Assembly: GCF_044704955.1 (NCBI RefSeq)
Contig: NC_091989.1
Location: forward strand, 124,744,001-124,808,000
Direction of reading: 5' to 3'
Length of the DNA stretch: 64,000 bases
Source: Pristiophorus japonicus
Taxonomy: Eukaryota
Notes under the pieces: model-generated
Databases searched by the model: none
Told to the model about the DNA's origin: nothing
What the model saw: only the letters and a program-made list of their open reading frames with translations
In this document: positions 48,130 to 60,988 of the stretch, in pieces
Numbering within the stretch: the stretch's first letter is position 1
Layout: the number at the start of each line of letters is the position of its first letter
Translations under genes and position numbers: made by a program

Positions 48130-51100
48130 GGAAGTCACCTTCCAAATGTCTGCCCTCCAGCCAAGCCTCGGGCCATCTACCATCAATGGCACTACTCGGT
48201 GCTGAGCTTGCGGACAACATTTTGTCATAGGCAATTAGGCTTATAGAGCTGTGCCTGGTCTCCAGTTGTCTTGTCCCCCTTGCCACTGGACCCAGACCTT
48301 GTTCAGCTAAGCCTGTGTGGTTGCCGGTGTGCAGTATCCACCCCACGTTAAAATAACTCACGCACAGGCATCTGCCACTCTGTCAGTATGAAGTTCTGGA
48401 CCTGGAACGTCAGGACCCTCATGGACAATCCCAACAGCAGCAGGCCGGAACGCCGAACCGCCATAGTTGCCCAGGAACTCAGACATTTTGACATTGACAT
48501 CGCCGCCCTAAGCGACACCCGGTGGGCAGAGGAAGGCCAGCTCAAGGCATATGGTAGAGGGTACACCTTCTTTTGGAAAGGGATAGGTCCAAGTCAGGTC
48601 AGCATGGATTTGTGAAAGGGAAATCATGCTTGACAAATCTTCTGAAATTTTTTGAGGATGTTTCCAGTAGAGTGGACAAGGGAGAACCAGTTGATGTGGT
48701 ATATTTGGACTTTCAGAAGGCTTTCGACAAGGTCCCACACAAGAGATTAATGTGCAAAGTTAAAGCACATGGGATTGGGGTAGTGTACTGACATGGATTG
48801 AGAACTGGTTGTCAGACAGGAAGCAAAGAGTAGGAGTAAATGGGTACTTTTCAGAATGGCAGGCAGTGACTAGTGGGGTACCGCAAGGTTCTATGCTGGG
48901 GCCCCAGCTGTTTACATTGTACATTAATGATTTAGACGAGGGGATTAGATGTAGTATCTCCAAATTTGCGGATGACACTAAGTTGGGTGGCAGTGTGAGC
49001 TGCGAGGAGGATGCTATGAGGCTGCAGAGTGGCTTGGATAGGTTAGGTGAGTGGGCAAATGCATGGCAGATGAAGTATAATGTGGATAAAGAAAGCAAAT
49101 GGCATGTTGGCCTTCATAGCGAGGGGATTTGAGTACAGGGGCAGGGAGGTGTTGCTACAGTTGTACAGGGCCTTGGTGAGGCCACACCTGGAGTATTGTG
49201 TTCAGTTTTGGTCTCCTAACTTGAGGAAAGACATTCTTGCTATTGAGGGAGCGCAGCGAAGGTTCACCAGACTGATTCCCGGGATGGCGGGACTGACATA
49301 TCAAGAAAGACTGGATCAACTGGGCTTGTATTCACTGGAGTTTAGAAGAATGAGAGGGGACCTCATAGAAACGTTTAAAATTCTGATGGGTTTAGACAGG
49401 TTAGATGCAGGAAGAATGTTCCCAATGTTGGGGCAGTCCAGAACCAGGGGTCACAGTCTAAGGATAAGGGGTAAGCCATTTAGGACCGAGATGAGGAGAA
49501 ACTTCTTCACCCAGAGAGTGGTGAACCTGTGGAATTCTCTACCACAGAAAGTTGTTGAGGCCAATTGACTAAATATATTCAAAAAGGAGTTAGATGTAGT
49601 CCTTACTACTAGGGTGATCAAGTGGTATGGTGAGAAAGCAGGAATGGGGTACTGAAGTTGCATGTTCAGCTATGAACTCATTGAATGGCGGTGCAGGCTC
49701 GAAAGGCCGAATGGCCTACTCCTGCACCTATTTTTTATGTTTCTATGTTTCTATGAAACCAGAGGCAGAGCGCCGTCTTCATGGAGTCGGCTTTGCTGTC
49801 AAGAATGAGCTGGTCGAGCGCCTCAAAGATTCCCCCTGTGGGGTTAACGCCCATGACTCTTCGTATTACCCTATCTCGGAATCAATGTGCCACAGTCATT
49901 AGTGCCTATGCCCCTGCACTCGATGCAACGGATGAGGCTAAAGAGGGTTTTTATTCCAACCTCGAGACATCCTTATCCCGCACTCCCACGGGTGACAAAT
50001 TGATCCTCCTAGGTGATTTTAATGCTAGGTTTGGCAAAGACACAGCCCTCTGGGGAGGCGTGATTGTCAGAGAGAGGGTAGGGAAAGCCAACTCCAGCGG
50101 TACCCTACTCCTGACAAAACGTCAAGAACATGAACTCCTCATCACCAACACCTTGTTCCGCCAGAGGGACAAATACAAGGCATCGTGGCAACACCCTCGC
50201 TCCAAACACTGGCACCTGCTTGATTATGTCATCGTCCGAGCCAGGGATCACAAGGAGGTGCGCATCACCCGCGCCATGACAGGAGCTGAAGACTGCTGGA
50301 TGGATCAGTGCCTAATCCGATCCATCATCAACATTAACATTGCCCCAAAGCGGAGGGGACAGCAGAAGCAGTTCCGCAAAAAAGTTAATGCCAGGGCACT
50401 TAGAGAACCAGCTAAGAGAGCCCTATACAGCCAGCGTTTCACAGCTAATATGGTGTGCCTTGATGACCCTGAGATGCTGAATGCCCACAGCGCTTGGTCT
50501 GCCCTCCAGGCCTCTATAACCAGTCCCTGTGAAGAGATACTTGGTCACTCAACCAGAAAACATCAGGACTGGTTTGATGAAAATGATCAGGAGATCGAAG
50601 AACTAATAGATCGCAAGCGCAAAGCATTTCTGAGCCTCAAGCAACAACCCAACTCGAGAGCTGCAAAACAACATTACAGACGGCTCAAGGCTCAGGTCCA
50701 ACAAAAAACCCAGGACCTAAAGAACAGGTGGTGGATGGAGAAAGCACAGGAGATACAACAACTGGCCGACAGCCACGATATGCCAGGATACTTCGCTGCA
50801 GTCAAGGCCACCTACGGTCCAAACTCCAAAGGCCCCACCCCACTCCTGGCCAAGAATGGGGAAACACTCATCAAGGACACCGACGCTGTCAGGGCCCGAT
50901 GGAAGTAGCACTTTGAAGATCTCCTCAATCGAGACTCTCCCTTTGACTCGAGTGTTCTCGACTCCATCCCGCAGCATGCGACCCGCCACCAACTCAGTGA
51001 AACTCCAACATTGCACGAGGTAGGAAAAGTCATAAAACAGCTTAAGAATAACAAGGCTACGGGTGCGGATGGAATCCCTGCTGAGGCATTGAAGTATGGT

Positions 51101-52641
51101 GGAGAGATACTATTAGCGCGAATACATGACCTCATCTCTCTCATCTGGAGGGAGGAGAGCATGCCGGGTGATCTCAGAGATGCAGTAATCGTGACCATCT
51201 TTAAAAAAGGGGACAAGTCCAACTGCGGCAACGACAGAGGAATCTCCCTGCTATCAGCCACAGGGAAAGTCATCGCTCGAGTCCTCCTCAACCGTCTTCT
51301 TCCCGTGGCCTAGGAACTCCTCCTGGAGTCACAGTGCGGATTTCGTCCCCTACGGGGCACAACGGACATGATTTTTGCAGTGCGACAGCTACAATGCAGG
51401 TGTCCTCCTCTGTTTTGGATGCCCCCAAAGGTTTGTCACCATCCTCCGCCTGCTCCACGGCGACATGCAGGCCGTGATCCTTACCAAAGGATCCATCACA
51501 GACCCAATCCACATCCGGACCGGGGTCAAACAGGGCTCTTAATCTTTTTCGCCGCCACGCTCACAGTTAACAAGCTCCTCGCTGGAGTGGAACTAAACTA
51601 CAGAACCAGTGGGAACCTGTTCAACCTGTGCCATCTCTGAGCCAGGTCCAAGACCACTCCAACCTCTGTCGTTGAGCTACAGTACGCGGACGACGCCTGC
51701 GTCTGCGCACATACAGAGGCTGAACTCCAGGACATAGTCGACGTATTTATGGGCCTTATGCTAAACAGCCTGACCCCGCCACACAGCACTATCCCCCCAG
51801 TCATCAAGGTCCACGGCGCGGCCTTGGAGACCGTGCACCACTTCCCTTATCTTGGGAGCCTCCTATCAACAAGAGCAGGCATCAACGACGAGATCAAACA
51901 CTGCCTCCAGTGTGCCAGTGCAGCCTTCGGCCACTTGAGGAAAAGAATGTTTGAAGACCAGGCCCTCAAATCTGCCACCAAGCTCATGGTCTACAGGGCT
52001 GTAGTAATACCCGCCCTCCTGTATGGCTCAGAGACATGGACCAAGTACAGTAGATTCCTCAAGTCGCTGGAAAAATATCACCAACGATGTCTCCGCAAGA
52101 TCCTACAAATCCCCTGGGAGGACGGATGCACCAACATCAGCGTCCTCATCCAGGCTAATATCCCCAGCATTGAAGCACTGACCACACTCGATCAGCTCCG
52201 CTGGGCAGGCCACATAGTTCGCATGCCAGACACGAGACTCCAAAGCAAGCGCTCTACTCGGAACTCCTTCATGGCAAACGAGCCAAAGGTGGGCAGCGGA
52301 AACGTTGCAAGGACACCCTCAAAGACTCCCTGATAAAGTGCGACATCCCCACTGACACCTGGGAGTCCTTGGCCAAAGACCGCCCTAAGTGGAGGAAGTG
52401 CATGAGAGGGCGCAGAGCACCTCAAGTCTAAACGCCAAGAGCATGCAGAAAAATCAAACGCAGGCAGCGGAAAGAGCGTGCAGCAAATCAGTCCCACCCA
52501 CCCTTTCCTTCAACGACTATCTGTCAGACCTGTGACAGAGTCTGTGGCTCTCGTATTGGACTGTTCAGCCACCAAAGAACTCACTTCAGGAGTGGAAGCA
52601 AGTCTTCCTCGATTCCGTGGGACTGTCTATGATGATGATGA
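48130..52641 (+). mobile_element. Near-full-length RTE-clade LINE (5' UTR, APE, RT, C-terminal Zn-finger-like region), decayed, with a CR1 inserted; 5' boundary uncertain
   Basis: ORF start MKFWTWNVRTL at 48388; ISAYAP, ILLGDFNAR, WHLLDYVIVR, GISLLS, QYADDA, LLYGSETW motifs; (ATG)n tail at about 52629-52641. Confidence 0.93.
48583..49755 (+). mobile_element. 5'-truncated CR1 in the RTE endonuclease domain
   Basis: RT fragments (QHGF, VPQGS, FADDTK); (TTCTATGT)n tail; RTE frame reads FFWKG|KPEAERRLHGVGF across it. Confidence 0.93.
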
Positions 52642-53116
52642 AATCGTCAGGTAACTGACTTTATAAGTGGATTTAAAACCCGAGAGAAATAGCTGGTGAG
52701 ATTTAGTAAACGATGAAAGCAGAACTTTTGTAGCTTATGTAAGGCTATTTAATGCCTAACTACAGGCACAGTGAGCTTCAATTTCTTCCCCAACGATTTA
52801 AAAAAATTACTGGCTCTGATGTGTCAAATTGCAGAACTGGAGGACCGCCAATTAATTGCCACACACTCAATCGATAATCTTACTTGGAGTATTTACGTTC
52901 TTTCCCGCATTCAACTGCTCCTAGCAATGTGAATGGCTGTTATATCAAGCATTCTTAACATCCAGTGTTGCCATGGCCGCAATGATGTATGACACCACCC
53001 CATCGTTATCGCATCATTAGGATACACCTGCCAGTCTGGCCAGACAGTTCCGGAGTCCACCGTCACTTCTGCCGGAAAATATGGAGGATGCAAAATGGAT
53101 GGGGAATTGAGATAAT

Positions 53117-54172
53117 GGCCCCGGTGTTTACGGGGAGGCAGGGGGAGAACGGGGGAGTGCGATTGCAGGGAAAACCAGGCAATCCCAGGAACGCGGAGGT
53201 CCTGCCGACTTTGACGGAAGTGTCAGCTGTGATTCAATGGGTAGCACACTCGCCCGAGTAGAAGGTTGTGGTTTCAAGTCCCACTCCAGGAACTTGAGCA
53301 CAAAAATTTAATCTGACACTCTAGTGCAGTGCTGAGGGAGTGCTGCACTGTCGGAGGTTAAACCGAGGCCCCATCTTCCCTCTCAGGTAGACATAAAAGA
53401 TCCCATGACATTATTTTGAAGAGCAGGGGAGTTATCCCCGGTGTCCTGGCCAATAATTTATCCCTCAATCAACATAACAAAAAAAACAGATTATCTGGTC
53501 ATTATCACATTGCTGTTTGTGGGAGCTTGCTGTGCGCACATTGGAGGCCGCGTTTCCCACATTACAAGTGACTACTCTTCAAAAAGTACATCATTGCCTG
53601 TAAAGCGCTTTGAGATGTCCGGTGGTCTTGCAAGACGCTATATAAATCCAAGTCTTTTTTTCATTATCATTTTACTCAATTTCCCAACCAACAGCCTGCC
53701 AGGTGGGGAAACCAGTATCAGAAGGCCACAGTCAGGGGCCGTTGAGGGGGTGGGGGGTCAGAACGGCAATCAGGAGGGAGGGAGAGATCGCAGGGCAGAA
53801 AGCTTGGGATCGCTGGTTTGGAGGGGTAAAGGGGAATCGCAGCAGAAGATTTTGCTTGTGTGATCGGGGAACATTCCTGCTCCTCCTGGCTCGCAATGCA
53901 GTGCTATAAAAAGTACTTCTCTGCTGAATCCGACAGCTCCCGTCTCCATTTCACTGGTCGGGTGTGCCGAGCCCTTGGAAACCAAGCTCGTTAAATTTAA
54001 ATCTGTGGAACCCTAAATTAAATATTGTAACAACATTTCTGGCTTCTCCAAGGTGAGACACAGACCCACGTAACTCGCTGCAGTGAAAATGGTGGCAGGC
54101 ATGTGTGCGATGAGCTGGGATCGCGTTTCACCATTAAAATGTTTTAACCCCCTTCCGACCTACCGCGAATCG
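53117..54172. mobile_element. Degenerate MITE-like element containing the SINE; right end replaced by L2
   Basis: GGCCCCG start and GC-rich interior like the other MITEs here; no matching right TIR seen. Confidence 0.35.
53222..53662 (+). mobile_element. Near-complete tRNA-derived Deu-domain SINE (SacSINE1-like)
   Basis: tRNA-like head with A-box (gattcaatgggtag) and B-box (gtttcaagtccc), Deu core, and an L2-like tail tgtaaagcgctttgag...gctatataaatccaagtc. Confidence 0.85.
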
Positions 54173-54174
54173 CT

Positions 54175-55055
54175 TCCCCTCGTCCTTCTCGACCTGTCTG
54201 CAGCCTTTGACATGTTTGACCATTCCATCCTCCTCCAACACCTCTCCACCACCATCCAGCTGGGTGGGACTGCACTCACCTGGTTCCATTCTTATCTATT
54301 TAATCGCAGCCACAAAATCACCTGCAATGGCTTCTCTTCCCATTCCCGTATCGTTGCCTCTGGTGTCCTCCAAGGATCTATCATTGGCCTTCTCCTATTT
54401 CTCATCTATATGCTGCCCCTCAGCGACATCATCCAAAAACACGGCGTCAGTTTTCACATGTACGCTGACGATACCCAGCTCTACCTCTCCACCATGTCTC
54501 TCGACCCCTGCCCAGTCTCTAAATTGTCAGACTGCTTGTCCGACATTCACTATTGGATGAGCAGAAATATTCTCAGCTCATCTGCTGCCAAAACCTTCAT
54601 CTATGCCGTTGTTACTTGACTACTCTAATGCACTCCTGGCTGGCCTCCCACATTCTGCCCTATATAAACTTGGGGTCATTAAAACCTCGGCAGCCCATGT
54701 CTTAACTCGCACCAAGTCCCGCTCATCCATCACCCTTGTGCTCACTGACCTACATTGGCTCCTGGTTAGGCAACGTGTCGATTTCAAAATTCTCATTCTT
54801 GTTTCCAAATCCCTCCAAGGCCTCACCCCTCCCTATCTCTGCAATCTCCTTCAGCCTCACAACCCTTTCCCCCCCCCCCCCCCCCAAGATGTCTGCGCTC
54901 CTCAAATTCTGCCCTCTTGAGCATTCCTGATTATAATCGCTCAACCATTGGTGGCTGTGCCTTCAGCTGCCGAAGCCCTAAGCTGTGGAACTCTCTCCCT
55001 AAACCTCTCCGCCTCTCTTTCCTTCCATAAGACACTCCTTAAAACCTCCCTCTTT
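54175..55055 (+). mobile_element. L2-clade LINE RT fragment
   Basis: LVLLDLSAAFD...GVLQGSIIG...YADDTQLY; LDYSNALLAGLP; LHWL...FKIL motifs. Confidence 0.88.
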
Positions 55056-55644
55056 CTTAACCTGATTTGCACTCTATGTAAACTGAACAGTTTGTAATCG
55101 ATTTGATTTAGTAGTTGTGCCCCCAACCCCCGTGAATGGATATGCCAAGTTTACGAACACTCTTTAATCTTAAATAACCTAAACTTTTCACGTTGCAAGA
55201 TTTTCTTTCAGACAACAATCCTGTGGTAATTAAAGTAATGCTGAGATGCTATAGTTTAAATTTGAGATTATGCTAAGGGCAGTAATACAAAGTGACAATA
55301 TAATTGTTAAGTACATTGCAGTGGGAGCTATGTTACAGCTGGAGAGAATGAAATGCGATACGGCAATTGAGAATTGCAGGTTGCAAACCATTTATTTTAA
55401 GTAATTTAGGTCTTTTGTTAAAACAGCAGACAAAGGAATTTCATGCAAACGTATTAAGCCTTTAAGGCACAAATCCATCACTGAACAGCAGTTAAGGATG
55501 GAGAGTAAAGGACAGAAGCTGGATCTCACAGCCTGAGCAAAGGCAGCCTTAATAATTAGAAATTTGTTGTGACTTCATGGGAGCGGAATAGTGTTGGTAA
55601 TATAGTTTGGGATGGATGCCTTAAAATATTTAGCAGAATACAAT

Positions 55645-56339
55645 GGCCTGAAAATTGCGGCCTCTCTGGGTGCGTAAGATGTGCACACACACCCGAAAAG
55701 GCCCCGCTAATGCTGGTTCTCAGCGCGCAAGGCGTATGCGCCAAGAAATGGCTTTTGCAATGTCAAAATTTCTTTTGACAGATCGCACGCGTCCACGGGA
55801 TAAGGACATTCGCGGGCGGAGATTTGGACTATTTGCCCAACTCTTGCCCAGCAAATGTCCTTTAAACTCTTACACCTGGTAAAAGCAGGGTACCAAAGTA
55901 AGAGTTTTAAAACATTGAAAAATTGTTACAACTTATTTTTATATTAATAACCCTGTTTATGAAGTGTTTTAATGTTAAAAATAAAATCAAAAAAAAATTA
56001 ATATATTTTTCTCTAAAACATTTAATTTAATGCAATTTCTATTCATTTTTTTTTTAAAGTTTTTTTTTAAATTTGGATTTGTATTTTATTCGATTTTAGG
56101 ATTATTCTCATTGATAGTAATGGGAGCTCGAGAATACGACATTTTGATTGGTGGTCCATGCCCACGTGATCCCAGGATACGCTTACGATCCTGGAAGACA
56201 TGTTCCCATACGCTGGACTGTGAAACTGCATCTCGGATCGCAATCCTACATTCCTCCGGGGCCACCAGGTATTTTCGTTAAAAAAATTTCAGTCGGAGGC
56301 GTTCGTCCGCAGTAGGCCTCCGACCGCAATTTTCCTTCC
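55645..56339. mobile_element. MITE, copy 1 of an inverted pair
   Basis: TIRs ggcctgaaaattgcgg / ccgcaattttccttcc; reverse-complement homology to 56889-57580. Confidence 0.8.
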
Positions 56340-56888
56340 AATATTGGCAAATATTGCAGATGCTAATTTTATATTTGTATGTATCAATCAAGCAAGCTAA
56401 CTTGGTTGAGTCTGAAATGAATCATTGAATTGGACCGAGTTACTATATAAATAGATTTGACTTTAATAATGAACAACTTTGATTTACTTTAGAGTTATTA
56501 CAGTGGTGAATTCACTTTTTCATTTTGATCTAATTTTCAGTTTAGGTGATCATGGTGATTTTGCACCATGTTTTAGAAACCTTTCACCTACATTTTAAAA
56601 TAATGTGAAAATACTCAAACCAAATTCTTGTTTTACCATGCGGTGAGTCAGGAAGAGCAAAACGACTGAACAGACTTGGGAGAGCAGACTGACTGAACAG
56701 ATTTATGATAATGGCACTACGGTTACAAGTGGTTTTAGTGAGCTACGAAAATTGAAGGAAATGTAATCTGACCAGCTACCATTGGGGGAAATAAAGAATG
56801 TGTGCTGTTAACTGCATTTGTTGGAAGAACCATCCGCAGCGTCCCATCAACAAATACATCAAACTTTCACTTGTGTGTTGTAAATATT

Positions 56889-57580
56889 GACCCGAAAATT
56901 GTGGTTGGAGGCTTCCTGCGGGCAGACGTCTCCGACCGAAACAATTTTTCTGAAAGTACCCAGTGGTCCCGGAGGAATGTTTACTTATGGTCTGAGGCCT
57001 AGATGCGCAGCCCAGCATATGGGCTCACACATCCCAGGAACGTAAGCGCAACCTGGGATAATGTGGGCCTGGACCACCAATCAGAATGTAATATTCTCAT
57101 TAATAATAATGGGAGCTCCATTTGTTAGAGCTTCTGTTACTGTTACTATCAATGAGAATACCCCCCAAAACACAGAACTACAGCACAATAAATCAAAAAA
57201 ACACCTCACATATTTAAAATTAATCGAAATTGAATTTAATTAAATGTTTTAATTAAATGTGTTAAAATATGTTTTAATAGGGTTAGAAATAAACTTACCT
57301 TAATGGACAGAGTTTTTAAATATAAAAATTAGTGATAACATTTTATTTTTCTATGTTTAAAAACTCTTACGCTGGTAAAAGTGTGCAAATAGCCCAAAGC
57401 TCTGCCCCGTGAATGTCCTTCTCCCAGGGGTGTGTGCGATCTGTCAAAAGATATTTTTGACAGATTACAAATGCCGGTTCTCGGCACATCCGCATTGCGC
57501 ACCGAGAACCAACATTTGCGAGGCCTCTTCAGGTGTGTGAGCACATCTTACGCACCTGGAGAGGCTGCAATTTTTGGGCC
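56889..57580. mobile_element. MITE, copy 2 of an inverted pair
   Basis: TIRs gacccgaaaattgtgg / ctgcaatttttgggcc; e.g. gcacatcttacgcacctggagaggc is the near reverse complement of gcctctctgggtgcgtaagatgtgc. Confidence 0.8.
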
Positions 57581-57599
57581 ATTATAAATAGGTCAATTT

Positions 57600-60500
57600 T
57601 TAGTGAAGGTTAATGTAGATAATACTGTTTGAGCCATATTCATATAGAAAATAGAAGTCTAATATTATCAGTATAAGAGGATATACTTTATTATTATAGT
57701 GCGCATATTTTACTACATTAGAGGTCTTCACTCACTTTAAACAGAACTTTGGAATGTACACAATATCTTAATATTCTATAATTCTGTATAATACAGTTCT
57801 AAACAGCTCATATTTACACAAAGCACAAAACCAAATTTAACAGTAGGAGTACGTTAAAATAAATTTTACAAGCACGTTTTATAAACACTTTTGATAAATA
57901 CATTTGATTATTTAACATATGAAAACATATAACACAAAAACAGATGCAATGATCTTTTTAGAAAAGAGCATCACTGTTACTTGAATATTACCAATATTTG
58001 ATACAAGTAGATTAATCTATCTTTATAATATTCCTTTTCAGACTTCATACAGCTGATTACAATTTAGAAACAATTATATACAGGATGTTTAAAAAAATCT
58101 TAATGCTAATATTTGTAATGATAAAGGTCATCTAACCTAAATGAATCAAAGAATTATTTTAAAAAATATACATAAACTGTGGAAGAAAACAGCTCAGTAA
58201 AATTATCCATGTGGCTTTTTGGTCATCAGTTTGCTTTGGAAAACATTTCGCTGACTGGAATTTCTTTGTAATGGTTTAAAAGACAAAGTTTATTATGGAA
58301 TAAAATACATCTTTTAAGAATATCTAATGGGCTAAAGATTTTAAATACATAATGAACATTTTCATTATTTAAGGAAGAAGAAAGTCACGGATAATGAAAG
58401 TGCTTCAGTAAAATCAATGGCTACTCTGCAAATGTGGTTTTAGGTAGTGTTATACAACAGTTCATCACAAGGTATCTTAGGGTGGGCAACTAAAGGCCCA
58501 TTTACTGTGACTTTAGTACAGTTAGGTAAGCTGCTAATGAACCCCAGTTCTGACCAAGTATATACTGTCAGTTCCAATTTTCAATTCAGCGCAATGTTTA
58601 TAATGCCACACAATGTGAAAACCGATGCACTATTTTGAAAGTCAGCATACATGGGAATTGCGAGCAGTGAATAATTAAAGTACACACGCTGGGAATTGCC
58701 TCTGGGTTCTCTCGGCTGGCTGCCGTAAATACGACGAAAACACTGGCTACATCGTGTAAATGGGATTTCTGCCGAAATTACGGCAGCCATTTGGGTAAAA
58801 CCCGCCCCACCCCACCTGAGCAAATATACAAGACAAAATGGGCAGATGGCAAATTTGCAGGAGACAAGAATTCACTTGCTAAATATTTATTTCACCATAA
58901 TTTGATTGTGGTTAAATGCATCTTGTTCAGTGATTGTTTTCCCCCCTCTACTTAAAGTTACAATCTGACCTGATGTCCTTACCTGTGTAACTGTAGGATC
59001 AAATCTACAGCCTCATTACAGTGTGAAGGACAGGAAAGCAAATTCTACCCTTGGTGCAACAAATAATGTTCCTGTTATTACCAGCTGGAACTATTACTGC
59101 CCTCTTGCTAACTGCCTTCCTTCTATGCTACATTTTATCTGGGCTTTAATATTAAAAATAAATCAGCACTGCGATAATTAGAAAATCCCTTTGTCTACAA
59201 TTTTGATCAAAAAGTACACTTAAACACAATAAAACCTTTGCTCATGAATGGATCATTAATATCCAATCCAATGTGAAAAAATGGTTTTCACTGGTGTTGT
59301 TCTTTTGTTTAGGCACAATTTGTGACTGATAAACAGTCCATTATTAACTGAGCACCTTTGATTAAATGTTTTCCATGTCATTAACCAAATACAGTGACCG
59401 TTATAAAAGTCAAAACCACCTTACAGAAACAGGTAGAGCAGGATTGTCTGAGGAGACCTTGCATTTTTATCAGTTTTTGGTCTGAGGAGTTGAATAGGAG
59501 CATTTTACACATTTAGTGCTAGTCTACCAATTAAAGATGGACGAGTTCTTGGGCTTTTACAGAACCTATTAATGCCAGCTTTTGTTTACGTTTGGGTAAA
59601 AAGGATAACACTTCTCATGAAGGCGCTGCCATGAAATTGGGTTTTAAAACTCAAATTAAATATTTCACTTTTATTAATATGCTCTTGTTACAAGTTAAAT
59701 ATAATAGATGGCAATAGATCCTCTGAGGAGATCGTTATGAACACAATCAGTAGATAAATAATGATCATGTTGTGTAAACCATTATATGTATGCATATTAT
59801 TATAAATAGCATGCTAAATTGGGACAGTGGAAACATAATATGTAAATGCAGAAGTTTTCAATCTGGCCCCATGGGTGGATTCACAAGAATTACATCATTA
59901 TTTAGATGATTTAGAAACAAGATGGCAAAGTTCACTTATGAATGCTCAATGGCATTTGAACTACATCACTTTGTGCACTATTTGTCACAGGCAGTTAAAT
60001 AGGTTAACATATGTATACAATAGTGCACACAGCAATGTAGTGCACGTGGGTTAACATTTCTACATGAACTTTGCCAAATAGAAACTATCCTTAGAAGTGA
60101 TTATGAATGAGGGAAATTACACCCAAATTATCTGATCAGAATGAACATGTTGAAAAAACATTGGCAGTAACTTAAGACTCACTAGGAATTCTGAGGAGAC
60201 AAAGTTTTGAGAGAAGCTTACATTTCCAAGTGTACAAATTGAAAGCAAACTGTGAATGTATTTATTGTTGAAAACAAGCTCGATGAAATAGATTGATGGA
60301 TTTCTGTTAAAGTGGAGGGGGCTGATGTGCATGTCAGTTTGCAGTATCAGAATATTTTTTTAAAGACAAATAATACAGTACAAACTGTTTACTGTCTTCA
60401 TTTTTGTACTGACAAGAAATTAGTCAGAAAATACTGCTGGGTGCTTTCAAATGTCCAAGTGCTTTTTTAAATATGCGTGTGGTGCTAATAAAGGAAATGG

Positions 60501-60779
60501 TAATATTCCAGATTAAATAATCAATGCTATGTAGACAGTTGCAATTTGTCACACTGTGAATGAAAAATAACCTAGAGTTGCAAAATAAATAATCCTCCTG
60601 TGCTATTAGCCAAAGGTCAGGAAGTCAGACAGCCACATTACAGCATGACAGATATGGCACTGAACTTGAGCCGTGATGGAATCGGACATTTCTGAAACTT
60701 TAATAGAAAAAGCTTCCAAAACCCCAGGAGTTTGCTTTTCCATTGCACCTCATATTGTGTTGTAGCTGTTTGGAAGCTT
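57600..60779 (-). other. SLC6A2: Putative 3' UTR of SLC6A2 (true end unknown)
   Basis: Follows the stop codon; AT-rich and nearly TE-free; minus-strand AATAAA at 60261-60266, 59670-59675, 58886-58891, about 58290 and 57687-57692. Confidence 0.5.
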
Positions 60780-60803
60780 TCATATTGCAAGCCAGTGCTC
60801 GAG
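60780..60803 (-). CDS. SLC6A2: Sodium-dependent noradrenaline transporter, last coding exon (LEHWLAI*)
   Basis: Acceptor ...tcatttcacag|CTC GAG CAC TGG CTT GCA ATA TGA; matches the human NET C-terminus LQHWLAI, also encoded by a separate 7-codon exon. Confidence 0.92.
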   Translation of the reverse strand, partial: LEHWLAI

Positions 60804-60916
60804 CTGTGAAATGATCAAATGACAGTTAAAAAAGTAACAGACATAATTTCACGTAGCTCTTGGACATTGGCAAAATGCAGCACTTTAATGGATTGAGGGG
60901 GGATTGTTTGGCTTAC

Positions 60917-60988
60917 CTTAAACTGTTGCACTTTTCCTTGCTCCACAAGATAATGTTCATTTTCAGGGGTGATGCAGTATGCTATTCT
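60917..60988 (-). CDS. SLC6A2: Sodium-dependent noradrenaline transporter, penultimate coding exon (RIAYCITPENEHYLVEQGKVQQFK)
   Basis: 72-bp phase-0 exon with cctctcctttag| and |gtaagc splice sites; close to human NET [24 protein letters not shown] and less like DAT [24 protein letters not shown]. Upstream exons were not found in the window. Confidence 0.93.

Noticed and set aside
58978-59100. Minus-strand splice donor CAG|GTAAG as an extra SLC6A2 exon
   Set aside because: No convincing acceptor or recognisable reading frame upstream of it.
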